DNA of 64,000 bases from Bdellovibrionales bacterium (lineage in GTDB: Bacteria; Bdellovibrionota; Bdellovibrionia; Bdellovibrionales; UBA1609), in NCBI GenBank assembly GCA_965200875.1, contig OZ241456.1:64001-128000 (forward strand). Reading direction: 5' to 3'. Below, piece by piece: positions 9,753-19,363 of this stretch. The translations under genes were made by a program, and so were the position numbers. The notes below the pieces were generated by a model, which was not told the origin of the DNA, did not search any database, and saw nothing but the letters and a program-made list of their open reading frames with translations. Within the stretch, counting starts at the first letter, position 1, and each line of letters starts with the position of its first letter.

Positions 9753-11213
9753 ATGCTTATATCCCCTGAATCCCCTCTTCAAAGCTTTTTTGGACTCAAA
9801 AAATTTAAAAAAAACCAAAAAGAAATTATACTATGGCTTTTAAAGCAAAACCATTGTCTGGTCATTATGCCCACTGGCTGGGGAAAAAGCTTATGTTATC
9901 AGATCCCGGCCCTTATGAAAGAGGGTACAGCTCTTGTGGTGTCTCCTTTGATTGCCCTTATGAAAGATCAAGTGGATAGCCTTAAACAAAAACAAATCCC
10001 CGCGGAGGCCCTGCATTCAGCACTTTCCCCTGCGGAGAGAAAAAGCATTCTTAAAAATCTGGAGCAAAACAAATATCGTCTTCTTTATGTCACTCCAGAA
10101 AGATTTCAAAAAGAAAGCTTTTTAAGCCTGATAAAAAAACAAAATATCTCCTTTATGGCGATTGATGAAGCTCATTGCATTTCTCAGTGGGGACATGATT
10201 TCCGGCCGGATTACTCCCGATTGGGGGAAGTTAGAAAAAAACTCAAAGAACCTCCAACTATTGCCCTGACCGCTACAGCCAGTTTACACACAAAAAGAGA
10301 TATTTTAAAAAGCCTTAACCTTCCTCTCAAAACAAAAGTTTTTAAACAAAGTATTCATCGCCCAAACCTCTATTTTGGTGTTTACCACGAGATAGGCCTG
10401 GAAAATAAAATTTTAAAACTGAAAGAACTGATAAAAAAACAAAGCCCCGCTATCATTTATTTTTCCCTTATTCACACTTTAGAAAAAACCGCTCAAGCTT
10501 TTAAAAACTTAAATATTCCTTTTGTAAAATACCATAGCCAGCTGACTTCAAAAATCAGACATCAAAACCAATCTGCTTTTTTAACGAACAAAGTTCCCAT
10601 AATGATAGCCACTCCAGCTTTTGGACTGGGCATTAACAAAAAAAATATCCGCATGGTCGCGCATTTTGAAATACCAACCAGTCTGGAGTCTTATTATCAG
10701 GAAGCGGGACGAGCGGGCAGAGATAACAATCCCGGGTTTTGTTTTTTATTTTACGATGCAGATGACTTGAGTATTGGAATGGACTTCATCAAGTGGTCGA
10801 ATCCCTCACTATCTTTTATCCAACAGGTGCTCTGGATTATTAAAAACAAACAAGAGGAAGTGCAAAGTTTGGGGTTGAATTACATACGGGAACAGCTGAA
10901 TTTCTATAATCGCCGGGATTTTCGGGTGGAAACAGCCGTTAATTTATTAAAAAAATGGAATTACCTAGTGGAGATAAAACAGAGATTTTATGTATCTCAA
11001 GACCCACCACAAATATGGCCAGATTCCGCTTTGCTGGAAGAAAAAGAAAAATATCAGCTGATTCACCTGAAAAACATATTGGAGTACGCGAAAAGCTCGG
11101 AGTGCCGAAAAAAAGTTTTAGGTCAACATTTTGGAGAACCGGATATACCAGCCTGTGGTTTTTGTGATAACTGCTCCAAAAAACCACCGGCTTTGAGGAA
11201 TAGGCAAAAATAA
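9753..11213 (+). CDS. recQ: RecQ-family ATP-dependent DNA helicase (no HRDC)
   Basis: MPTGWGKSLCYQ, DEAHCISQWGHDFRP, YYQEAGRAGRD and a C-terminal CR...CGFCDNC Zn motif. Confidence 0.93.
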   Translation: MLISPESPLQSFFGLKKFKKNQKEIILWLLKQNHCLVIMPTGWGKSLCYQIPALMKEGTALVVSPLIALMKDQVDSLKQKQIPAEALHSALSPAERKSILKNLEQNKYRLLYVTPERFQKESFLSLIKKQNISFMAIDEAHCISQWGHDFRPDYSRLGEVRKKLKEPPTIALTATASLHTKRDILKSLNLPLKTKVFKQSIHRPNLYFGVYHEIGLENKILKLKELIKKQSPAIIYFSLIHTLEKTAQAFKNLNIPFVKYHSQLTSKIRHQNQSAFLTNKVPIMIATPAFGLGINKKNIRMVAHFEIPTSLESYYQEAGRAGRDNNPGFCFLFYDADDLSIGMDFIKWSNPSLSFIQQVLWIIKNKQEEVQSLGLNYIREQLNFYNRRDFRVETAVNLLKKWNYLVEIKQRFYVSQDPPQIWPDSALLEEKEKYQLIHLKNILEYAKSSECRKKVLGQHFGEPDIPACGFCDNCSKKPPALRNRQK

Positions 11214-11226
11214 ACAAAGACAAGTC

Positions 11227-11715
11227 TTAATTGTAAAGAGAGCTTTCAATTTCTTTTTTTGTGGAGATGGGATCTGCTATAAACTTGAAAATAACTGGTG
11301 AACCTCCTGTTCCCTTAAATTCCAGATCCCCATAACGGAAGATTCTTCCCAAAATGGATTGTTTAATCTGTATGTTTTCAAGTCGCTCGATTCTCAGTTC
11401 ATCCGTATCTGCATGGATAAAACCTGTCTTAAATATAATCCTTTTGTTTGTTACCACATTTTCAATGGATATGTATTTTATATAATAACAGAGTAAACCA
11501 ATAAAAGAGGGTAAAAATATACACAGGGAAATAATGATATCCAATTTTCCGTCTCTAGGGCCTATTTTGGAAATGGATATTAAAAGAAACAGAAAAGAAC
11601 TGAAATTCAAAACAAACAAAAAAATGGGCATAAAGGAAATCCAGTAAAACCAATGAATCCTTTTGGAGATAATAATGTTTTCACCAGCTGTTAAAGTCTT
11701 TTTAATATACGACAT
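11227..11715 (-). CDS. Membrane protein with a bacterial PH (bPH_2-like) domain
   Basis: Two TM helices followed by VTNKRII.K.G, I...QSILGRIF.YGDL. Confidence 0.8.
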   Translation of the reverse strand: MSYIKKTLTAGENIIISKRIHWFYWISFMPIFLFVLNFSSFLFLLISISKIGPRDGKLDIIISLCIFLPSFIGLLCYYIKYISIENVVTNKRIIFKTGFIHADTDELRIERLENIQIKQSILGRIFRYGDLEFKGTGGSPVIFKFIADPISTKKEIESSLYN

Positions 11716-11828
11716 GCCAGTTTCCTTAAAACTGTAAAAAGAAAATTTTATCTTTTTGATAAAGAAACAGCAACTCTTTTTCTGGATTAAGAGGGTTTTT
11801 ATTGACTAAAGATTTATAGAGGGTTTAA

Positions 11829-12641
11829 ATGAACTTCATTTCAAAAAGCAGAGAGTGTATCCCATTGTCATCAGTTAATAAACGCTCAGAAGATAACGGC
11901 AAGACCCGGTTAGAAAATGTGCGTAGTATTTATAATGATCTATTAAAAATGTTACGAGCATTTTTTCAATATATTTTTCATAGAGGTTTTTTTTCCAGCT
12001 TCTCTTTGGCATTTAACTCTTTCCGGGAATGGCTTTGGTTTGTATCTCACAGAAAAAGCTCCATTAATTTAATAAGCTCCATTGAAAATAATCTAGAAAA
12101 CAAGGAACATTCTACCTTTTATGTTCCTACTCCCATTATTCCCTTTTTAAGGCTGATGAAGACATTAAACCTTCCAAAAACTGCTGTGTTTGTGGACTAT
12201 GGAGCAGGTAAAGGTCGGGCAATGATTTTAGCCGCTGAGTGTGGAAGATTTTGTAAAATAAAGGGTTTGGAGTTCAGCCCATCTTTATACAATTCAGCCC
12301 GAGAAAATATCCAAAATTATATTAATAAATCCGGAAAAAACCTTTTTAATCTCATTTACGCAAATGTGATAAATTACAAAGTAAAAGCGGAAGATAACTT
12401 TTTTTATTTTTTTCATCCTTTTAATGAAACAATATTGAGTCAATGTTTGGAAAATATTTATTTATCCCTGAAGAAACATCCACGAAAAGTGTTTTTAGTG
12501 TATCAAAGCAACTGTAAAAATAATACTGATCATATTACCTCTAATGGGATTTTCCATCTGCTGAAAACTTTTGTTTCTTTTGGTTCGCGGTTTTATGTCT
12601 ATGAAAGCAAAACTCTAGAACACATCGGGACCAAACGGTGA
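11829..12641 (+). CDS. Class I SAM-dependent methyltransferase
   Basis: Motif I FVDYGAGKGR, motif II GLEFS and post-II FYFFHPF. The true start may lie downstream. Confidence 0.85.
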   Translation: MNFISKSRECIPLSSVNKRSEDNGKTRLENVRSIYNDLLKMLRAFFQYIFHRGFFSSFSLAFNSFREWLWFVSHRKSSINLISSIENNLENKEHSTFYVPTPIIPFLRLMKTLNLPKTAVFVDYGAGKGRAMILAAECGRFCKIKGLEFSPSLYNSARENIQNYINKSGKNLFNLIYANVINYKVKAEDNFFYFFHPFNETILSQCLENIYLSLKKHPRKVFLVYQSNCKNNTDHITSNGIFHLLKTFVSFGSRFYVYESKTLEHIGTKR

Positions 12642-12859
12642 GTATTGGTAATAAGCTTTTTGTCCGGGCGACTCCTAAGTCAAAAATCCTTACTTCCCAC
12701 TTTGTTGAGAAAGGTTTTGAAAACACTCAACAGCTAAAAAAAGGTCGCTTAAATCCGAAATCACCTCGAAACATGTTCTACCTTATCGCGAGGTGGTTAT
12801 GAGCAAAAAACTTTTTATATTCTTTTAAGTGATTTGCCGAACTTTTTTTTAAATACAGC

Positions 12860-13069
12860 TTACTTTTCTACAGAAGAGCTTAATTGGAGATCGATCTTTG
12901 GAACATGAGGCTTTTTTACAGTTTTAAGTTTGTTGGCCAGCACATTATCTGCAGCTTTTTGACAAATTTTTTCAAATTCCACATTCAAAGCCTGAATAGC
13001 CTCATCTGAAGTTTTAAGACCCCTAGTTTTAAATAGATCTTTTGTTTTTTTAACGATAATTAAAGACAT
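12860..13069 (-). CDS. Bacterial histone-fold protein (HBb/Bd0055-like)
   Basis: 69-aa basic protein. The pattern L(I)V.K.K.L.K..G..TS.EAI.AL....E.IC.KA...V.A...KTV fits Bdellovibrio-type histones. Strong AAGGAG RBS. Confidence 0.8.
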   Translation of the reverse strand: MSLIIVKKTKDLFKTRGLKTSDEAIQALNVEFEKICQKAADNVLANKLKTVKKPHVPKIDLQLSSSVEK

Positions 13070-13213
13070 TTCGTTCTCCTTTTTTTGATTAAATAATTAA
13101 CTGATGAATCATCATAGTTATTATAAAAAACCCGCCTTATGTCCAGAAGGAAAACAAGGTTTTTTAGCATTTTTTATAAAAAATGAGATTTTTTATTGAA
13201 TTTAAGCCACTTT

Positions 13214-13480
13214 TTACCGGGTACGCCTAGAAGAACCACCTTTGCTTCGGGATTTTCTGTTCTGCTGGCGACGAGAAGGTGTTTCCACTATGCCGACAAC
13301 ATTAGCTACAATACCAGCCACATTCACTTCTCGGCTAGCTGTTTTATCTGCGGAATTTTCACTGGAATATTCACACGCGGCGGCTTTTTTCCCATAAGGG
13401 GAATCCACAGGCCCCACATTCGAAAAAGCTCCCATAGACAAAAATAAAAAAAATCCGATAATTATAAAATAACTTGACAT
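13214..13480 (-). CDS. Small secreted orphan protein with a basic C-terminal tail
   Basis: Hydrophobic signal peptide (MSSYFIIIGFFLFLSMGAFS), R/S/G-rich tail and an upstream sigma28-like promoter. Confidence 0.6.
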   Translation of the reverse strand: MSSYFIIIGFFLFLSMGAFSNVGPVDSPYGKKAAACEYSSENSADKTASREVNVAGIVANVVGIVETPSRRQQNRKSRSKGGSSRRTR

Positions 13481-13504
13481 ACTACACCCACCTTTCATTT
13501 TATT

Positions 13505-13531
13505 TTATCGGCTGTTCCATATTTTTCTCAA
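13505..13531 (-). promoter_or_regulatory. sigma28/FliA-like promoter
   Basis: TTGA-N15-GCCGATAA; the -10 is a perfect match. Confidence 0.55.
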
Positions 13532-13607
13532 GCTTTTTTTTATTTTCTTGAACAAAAACCCTGGATTTTTTACTCCAAATACAGAGAATTATTAAGAATA
13601 CGCTCCT

Positions 13608-14783
13608 CTATTTTTTTTCGACAAAATAAGATACTTTTATTTCTGATCCTGTTTCCAAAGCGGAGTTAAAAACCAATTTTTTGCCTTTAATCGTCCAATC
13701 TGTTCGATTTTTTCCTTTTACAAACTCCACCTTAATTTCTTCGGGCAAAAGGGGTTCCTGATCCAACTTAAGACTTTCTATCAGATTCCTCAAAAGATGA
13801 GAGATTTCTTGCAAAGAAGGACCATAATTTTCCTCACAAAGAGAAATATTTTTACCATGAGTTAACTCAGCCAACTTAGAAACTTTTTCCCCATAAACAG
13901 AATTAGGGGAATGTTTTTTTTGAAGATTGAGACATTCCTCATCTTGAATCAGCAACGCAAAAGAATGAAATGATTTTCCCGGGAACCAGGTTTTAAAGTT
14001 TTCCACCACTTCTTCGGCCTTCGTGGCATTATCAGGTTCTTCCACACGCTCATCTTCATCTGTTACAAGAAAACTGATAAAATCCGCAGACTTTCTAAGA
14101 GAAAAAGAAGAAGAGGAATCCTCTTCCTCAGCCATTCGCTCCAGACTGGAGTTCAGGACACGCAAAGGCTGTTCCAAAGAACCCTGACAATAGGGTGCAT
14201 GAGAACAATCCTCATTCGGGGTTTTGGTTAAAGTGTCTTTAAACACATTTACATAATCCGGTGTCTGCACATTCAATGTTTTTTGATTTAATTTTTTTCC
14301 CTGATATTCCAGATCCATAAAATGGCCAAAGTGAGGAGCACTTCCCTCATAGTCTCTCCAGTGCTGATGAGAGGAAATAATCATCACATCCTGGCCGGTA
14401 ATGGGATCTTTTTCATAGTCCCCGTGATCGGCTGTAGTAAAAAAAATCTGCCAGTCGCTTATGGAAATTTGAGACATCAAATCCGAAAAGGCCTGCCCTA
14501 AGCGAGACAAATCCTCCAACATAGAAAGAGACACATCCACTACAAATAAAAAATCAACAGATTTTTTACCTAGCTCCTCCACATAAAAAGTTTGCACTTT
14601 TTGCTCCACGCAAACTGTTTTTCCTCCAATAATCCTCTCTAAACATCCTGAAGTTTTTTCCTGCACGACGGGGGGTGCTTCTTCTTCCTCTTCCCCTGCC
14701 TCTCTTAGAAATTCCACCTGAGAGCCACAAGAAAAAAAAACAAATCCAAAAAAGAATAAAAGAATAATTTTACTGAATCTCAA
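13608..14783 (-). CDS. VWA/MIDAS-domain lipoprotein (paralog 2)
   Basis: Lipobox FFSC, MIDAS DxSxS (FVVDVSLSM), TDEDER, paired Cys and a C-terminal beta-rich domain. Confidence 0.8.
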   Translation of the reverse strand: MRFSKIILLFFFGFVFFSCGSQVEFLREAGEEEEEAPPVVQEKTSGCLERIIGGKTVCVEQKVQTFYVEELGKKSVDFLFVVDVSLSMLEDLSRLGQAFSDLMSQISISDWQIFFTTADHGDYEKDPITGQDVMIISSHQHWRDYEGSAPHFGHFMDLEYQGKKLNQKTLNVQTPDYVNVFKDTLTKTPNEDCSHAPYCQGSLEQPLRVLNSSLERMAEEEDSSSSFSLRKSADFISFLVTDEDERVEEPDNATKAEEVVENFKTWFPGKSFHSFALLIQDEECLNLQKKHSPNSVYGEKVSKLAELTHGKNISLCEENYGPSLQEISHLLRNLIESLKLDQEPLLPEEIKVEFVKGKNRTDWTIKGKKLVFNSALETGSEIKVSYFVEKK

Positions 14784-14842
14784 AACTTCTTCCTATTTTC
14801 CATAAAAGTTAAACAAAATCTTTTTTTTCATAATGCAAAAAA

Positions 14843-16024
14843 TTATCGTTCATACCTATAACTGACTGTTACTTCTGTATTGGGTACAATATCTTCAGAA
14901 AATATCAGCTTTCTTCCATAAAGCTTCCAGGAAACATTCGGTTGCTCAGGAATTAAAGAAACCTTTACAGTTTCTGGAATATAAAACATTTCACTTAAAG
15001 TGAGAGACTGCATAAGGGCTCTGGTGATTTTGGAAATTTCCGCCAGAACTGAACCATAGTCTTCAGAACAAAGAGAAATATTTTTTCCTCCTGTCAATTC
15101 TGCAAGTCGCCCTACAATATGACCATAGCTTGCTTTACTACCGAAAAGACCAGCCCTCTTTTCTTCTCTGTAACACTGTTCATCTTGAATACTGATACTA
15201 AAACCAAACAACCTTTTTCCTTGGCCTTTAAAAACATTTTTATAAGTTTGAATTACTTTTTCTGCGGTTGTGGCTCTGCGAAAATCCTCACTTCTTTCAT
15301 CTTCATCTGTAGCAATAATAACCACTGTATCCACTCCGGGTTTAAAAAACTGCCGGGCTTTCTTATCTGTTTTGTAACGACTTACAGCTGATAAAAGTGA
15401 GCGCAAAGGTTGTTCATTATGGGACTGACAGAAAGGAGGACGCTCACAATCGGAAGGATCCTGTCTAGTAAGAGTATCTTGAAAAACTGTCTCATACCTA
15501 GGAGTATCCCGATTCAAAATAAATTGTTGCAGGACTTCTCCATTTCTTTCCAATCTCATAAATTTACCAAAACGAGGATCATCTCCTGTATAACTCTCCC
15601 ATCTGTCTGGTGTCCCCTGCTTAGACTGATCATGATCTCCATGATCCGCTGTGGTAAAGGCCATTCTCCAGTTTTTATCTTGAATATAAGATAAAAGAGA
15701 CAACATGTTTTTACCTGTATTTTTCAGATTATCATCCATAGACTCAGAAACATCCACTACAAATAAAATTTCCAGTTCTTTTCGATCGGATATTTTAAAA
15801 GTTTCTGTTAAATAACCTTTTTGTTCCTTATTTATACTCCTTAAAAAGGGGGAACCTTCCTTACTTCCTTTTTTTACACAGTCAGTCTGGTTTGCCTCAC
15901 ATTCTAGGGAGTAATCCTTATAATCCATGATTTTGCTTTGAGAACCTTCCTTTCCTCCGTGAAAGTTCATACGACTACAGCTCCAAAAAAAGAAAAAACA
16001 AAAAAGCAAAATAATTATTTTCAT
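14843..16024 (-). CDS. VWA/MIDAS-domain lipoprotein (paralog 1)
   Basis: Lipobox FWSC and MIDAS FVVDVSESM. Shares TTADHGD, EQPLR, TDEDER and LAELT.GKNISLC with the downstream paralog. Confidence 0.8.
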   Translation of the reverse strand: MKIIILLFCFFFFWSCSRMNFHGGKEGSQSKIMDYKDYSLECEANQTDCVKKGSKEGSPFLRSINKEQKGYLTETFKISDRKELEILFVVDVSESMDDNLKNTGKNMLSLLSYIQDKNWRMAFTTADHGDHDQSKQGTPDRWESYTGDDPRFGKFMRLERNGEVLQQFILNRDTPRYETVFQDTLTRQDPSDCERPPFCQSHNEQPLRSLLSAVSRYKTDKKARQFFKPGVDTVVIIATDEDERSEDFRRATTAEKVIQTYKNVFKGQGKRLFGFSISIQDEQCYREEKRAGLFGSKASYGHIVGRLAELTGGKNISLCSEDYGSVLAEISKITRALMQSLTLSEMFYIPETVKVSLIPEQPNVSWKLYGRKLIFSEDIVPNTEVTVSYRYER

Positions 16025-16035
16025 GGCTTTCTTCT

Positions 16036-16063
16036 ATTTCGGAAAACTCACAAAAAACCTTTA
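16036..16063 (-). promoter_or_regulatory. sigma28/FliA-like promoter
   Basis: TAAA(G)-N16-TCCGAAAT just upstream of the VWA pair. Confidence 0.45.
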
Positions 16064-16188
16064 ATTTATGGCTGGATATTGATTTGTTGCTTAGAATTTT
16101 AGGGAAAATCAGAAAAATATATTAAGCTAAAAGTCCTGTCTGGAACAAAAACTGCCAGAAACTTCTTTTAGAAGTCCGTGAAAATTGT

Positions 16189-16587
16189 TTACTCACCTAG
16201 TTTTACAGGCTGATGAGAAGAGATATCTCTTTGATCTGCACTTTGACTTTCTTCCATACTGTCAAAGTTATCGAAAGACTGCTCCATCTGTTTGAATAAT
16301 CCAGAATGCCATTCCACGATAGCATTATTTTTCATAATTTTATTTTGAGCCAACCCTTTAAGGAGTGGAAATTTTTGATTTATCACTCTTTTTTCTGCTT
16401 GAGCCATATTTTTCAAATACTGACTAATCGTGGATTGTTTTAATTCCTGCTCAATCCATTCCTCCACACTTTTTTGCCCCACCTGCACCTGAAGCAAGAT
16501 AACAAAAAAACAGGCACAAGCAATCTTGAACCAAAAAATCAAAAACCGGATTAAAAAACCACTTAAAAAACCACTTAAAAGTCGCAT
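16189..16587 (-). CDS. Hypothetical membrane-anchored protein
   Basis: N-terminal hydrophobic helix; 1-bp overlap with the response regulator stop codon. Confidence 0.7.
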   Translation of the reverse strand: MRLLSGFLSGFLIRFLIFWFKIACACFFVILLQVQVGQKSVEEWIEQELKQSTISQYLKNMAQAEKRVINQKFPLLKGLAQNKIMKNNAIVEWHSGLFKQMEQSFDNFDSMEESQSADQRDISSHQPVKLGE

Positions 16588-16985
16588 CAGGCTACCATTT
16601 CCATTTGTTCTTCCTGTTTTACAGCAGAGAATACTGCTTTTACCATTTCATCAGATTTAAAAGGTTTATTTATAAAATACATAGCCCCAGCTAGTTCACT
16701 TTGTGTCCGAACATATTCTGTCTGAAGACTGGAACAAACAATAACTTTTGTCTCATCATACATCTGATTGATCTTATGTATCAATGAAAGACCATTTTCC
16801 CTGGGTAATACCAAATCCACTAACACTACATCCGGTTTTAAACCCTTGATTTTAGAAAAAGCCTGTTCACCACCTGAACCTACCATACCCAGCACCTCAA
16901 TGCCGGCCAAAGTAAAAACCCGGTAAAGCATTTCTCTTAAAAAAGAAGCATCTTCCACTATAAAAACCCGAGGCTTGTTATTCAT
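16587..16985 (-). CDS. Single-domain response regulator (CheY-like)
   Basis: IVED acidic pocket, phosphoacceptor LVD and KPF motif; no output domain. Confidence 0.9.
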   Translation of the reverse strand: MNNKPRVFIVEDASFLREMLYRVFTLAGIEVLGMVGSGGEQAFSKIKGLKPDVVLVDLVLPRENGLSLIHKINQMYDETKVIVCSSLQTEYVRTQSELAGAMYFINKPFKSDEMVKAVFSAVKQEEQMEMVA

Positions 16986-16992
16986 ATAAAAA

Positions 16993-17020
16993 CTTTCGGC
17001 AGATAAAGCTCAAAAATTGA
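16993..17020 (-). promoter_or_regulatory. sigma28/FliA-like promoter
   Basis: TCAA-N16-GCCGAAAG, 7 nt from the ATG of the CheY-like gene. Confidence 0.5.
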
Positions 17021-17096
17021 ATATTTTTTTTTCTTTCCAAAAAGATCTTTCTATAAAACTATAATCCCCGACTTAAAGAGTAGTATCATAAAACAA

Positions 17097-17128
17097 AAAA
17101 AGAGGGGAAAACCTCTCTCCCTCTTTTT
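17097..17128. terminator. Intrinsic terminator downstream of groEL
   Basis: AAAAAGAGGGGA-N8-TCCCCTCTTTTT hairpin with a U-tract on either strand. Confidence 0.85.
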
Positions 17129-17168
17129 GAAAAATTCAAACTTACGGTAAAATTATTCTGTTCTGCCT

Positions 17169-18881
<1,713 letters not shown>

Positions 18882-19175
18882 TTAGTTAATTACCCCATAA
18901 ATATCCCCTTCACTCATCATCAAAAGCTCTTCACTGCCTAACTTAAATTCCGTGCCGGAGTATTTCCCGAACAAAATTTCATCTCCAGGCTTTACTTCCA
19001 AAGGAAGATTTTTGCCTTCATCTGTAACACGTCCTTTTCCAGTGAAAAGAACCTTCCCTCTTTGAGGCTTTTCTTTGGCTGTATCGGGAATAATAATACC
19101 TCCTGGGGTTTTTTCCTCTTCAGGAAGCCGTTTTACGATAATACGATCATTTAGGGGGCGAATATTAATGTCCAT
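18882..19175 (-). CDS. groS: Co-chaperonin GroES
   Basis: IRPLNDR, GGIIIPDTAKEKP and KYSGTE motifs. Start at ATG 19175 after AAGGAG. Confidence 0.98.
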   Translation of the reverse strand: MDINIRPLNDRIIVKRLPEEEKTPGGIIIPDTAKEKPQRGKVLFTGKGRVTDEGKNLPLEVKPGDEILFGKYSGTEFKLGSEELLMMSEGDIYGVIN

Positions 19176-19256
19176 AACACTTCTCCTTTCCAATTTTTAA
19201 TAAGTTTAAACAATGGTTTAAAATTTTTTCCAGACTTATAGCCCGGCTTGTCATTC

Positions 19257-19285
19257 AATATGAAAACTACTCCATTTTTGTCAAG
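19257..19285 (-). promoter_or_regulatory. Candidate groES promoter
   Basis: CTTGACA followed by TTTCATATT; fits sigma70 (TTGACA-N16-CATATT) or sigma32-like spacing. Confidence 0.4.
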
Positions 19286-19363
19286 CAGAACAAGAAAAAT
19301 AAATAAAAAAAATTATATATATTAAAAAACTTTTATTATATCAAGTATTTATAAAAATAATAA

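Noticed and set aside
12760..12797. Hairpin CACCTCG...CGAGGTG downstream of the histone gene
   Set aside because: The stem is short, the loop is about 20 nt and there is no clear U-tract. It cannot be supported as a terminator or a histone-mRNA stem-loop.
19194..19360. Possible CIRCE element upstream of groES
   Set aside because: TTAGCACTC-N9-GAGTGCTAA is not present.
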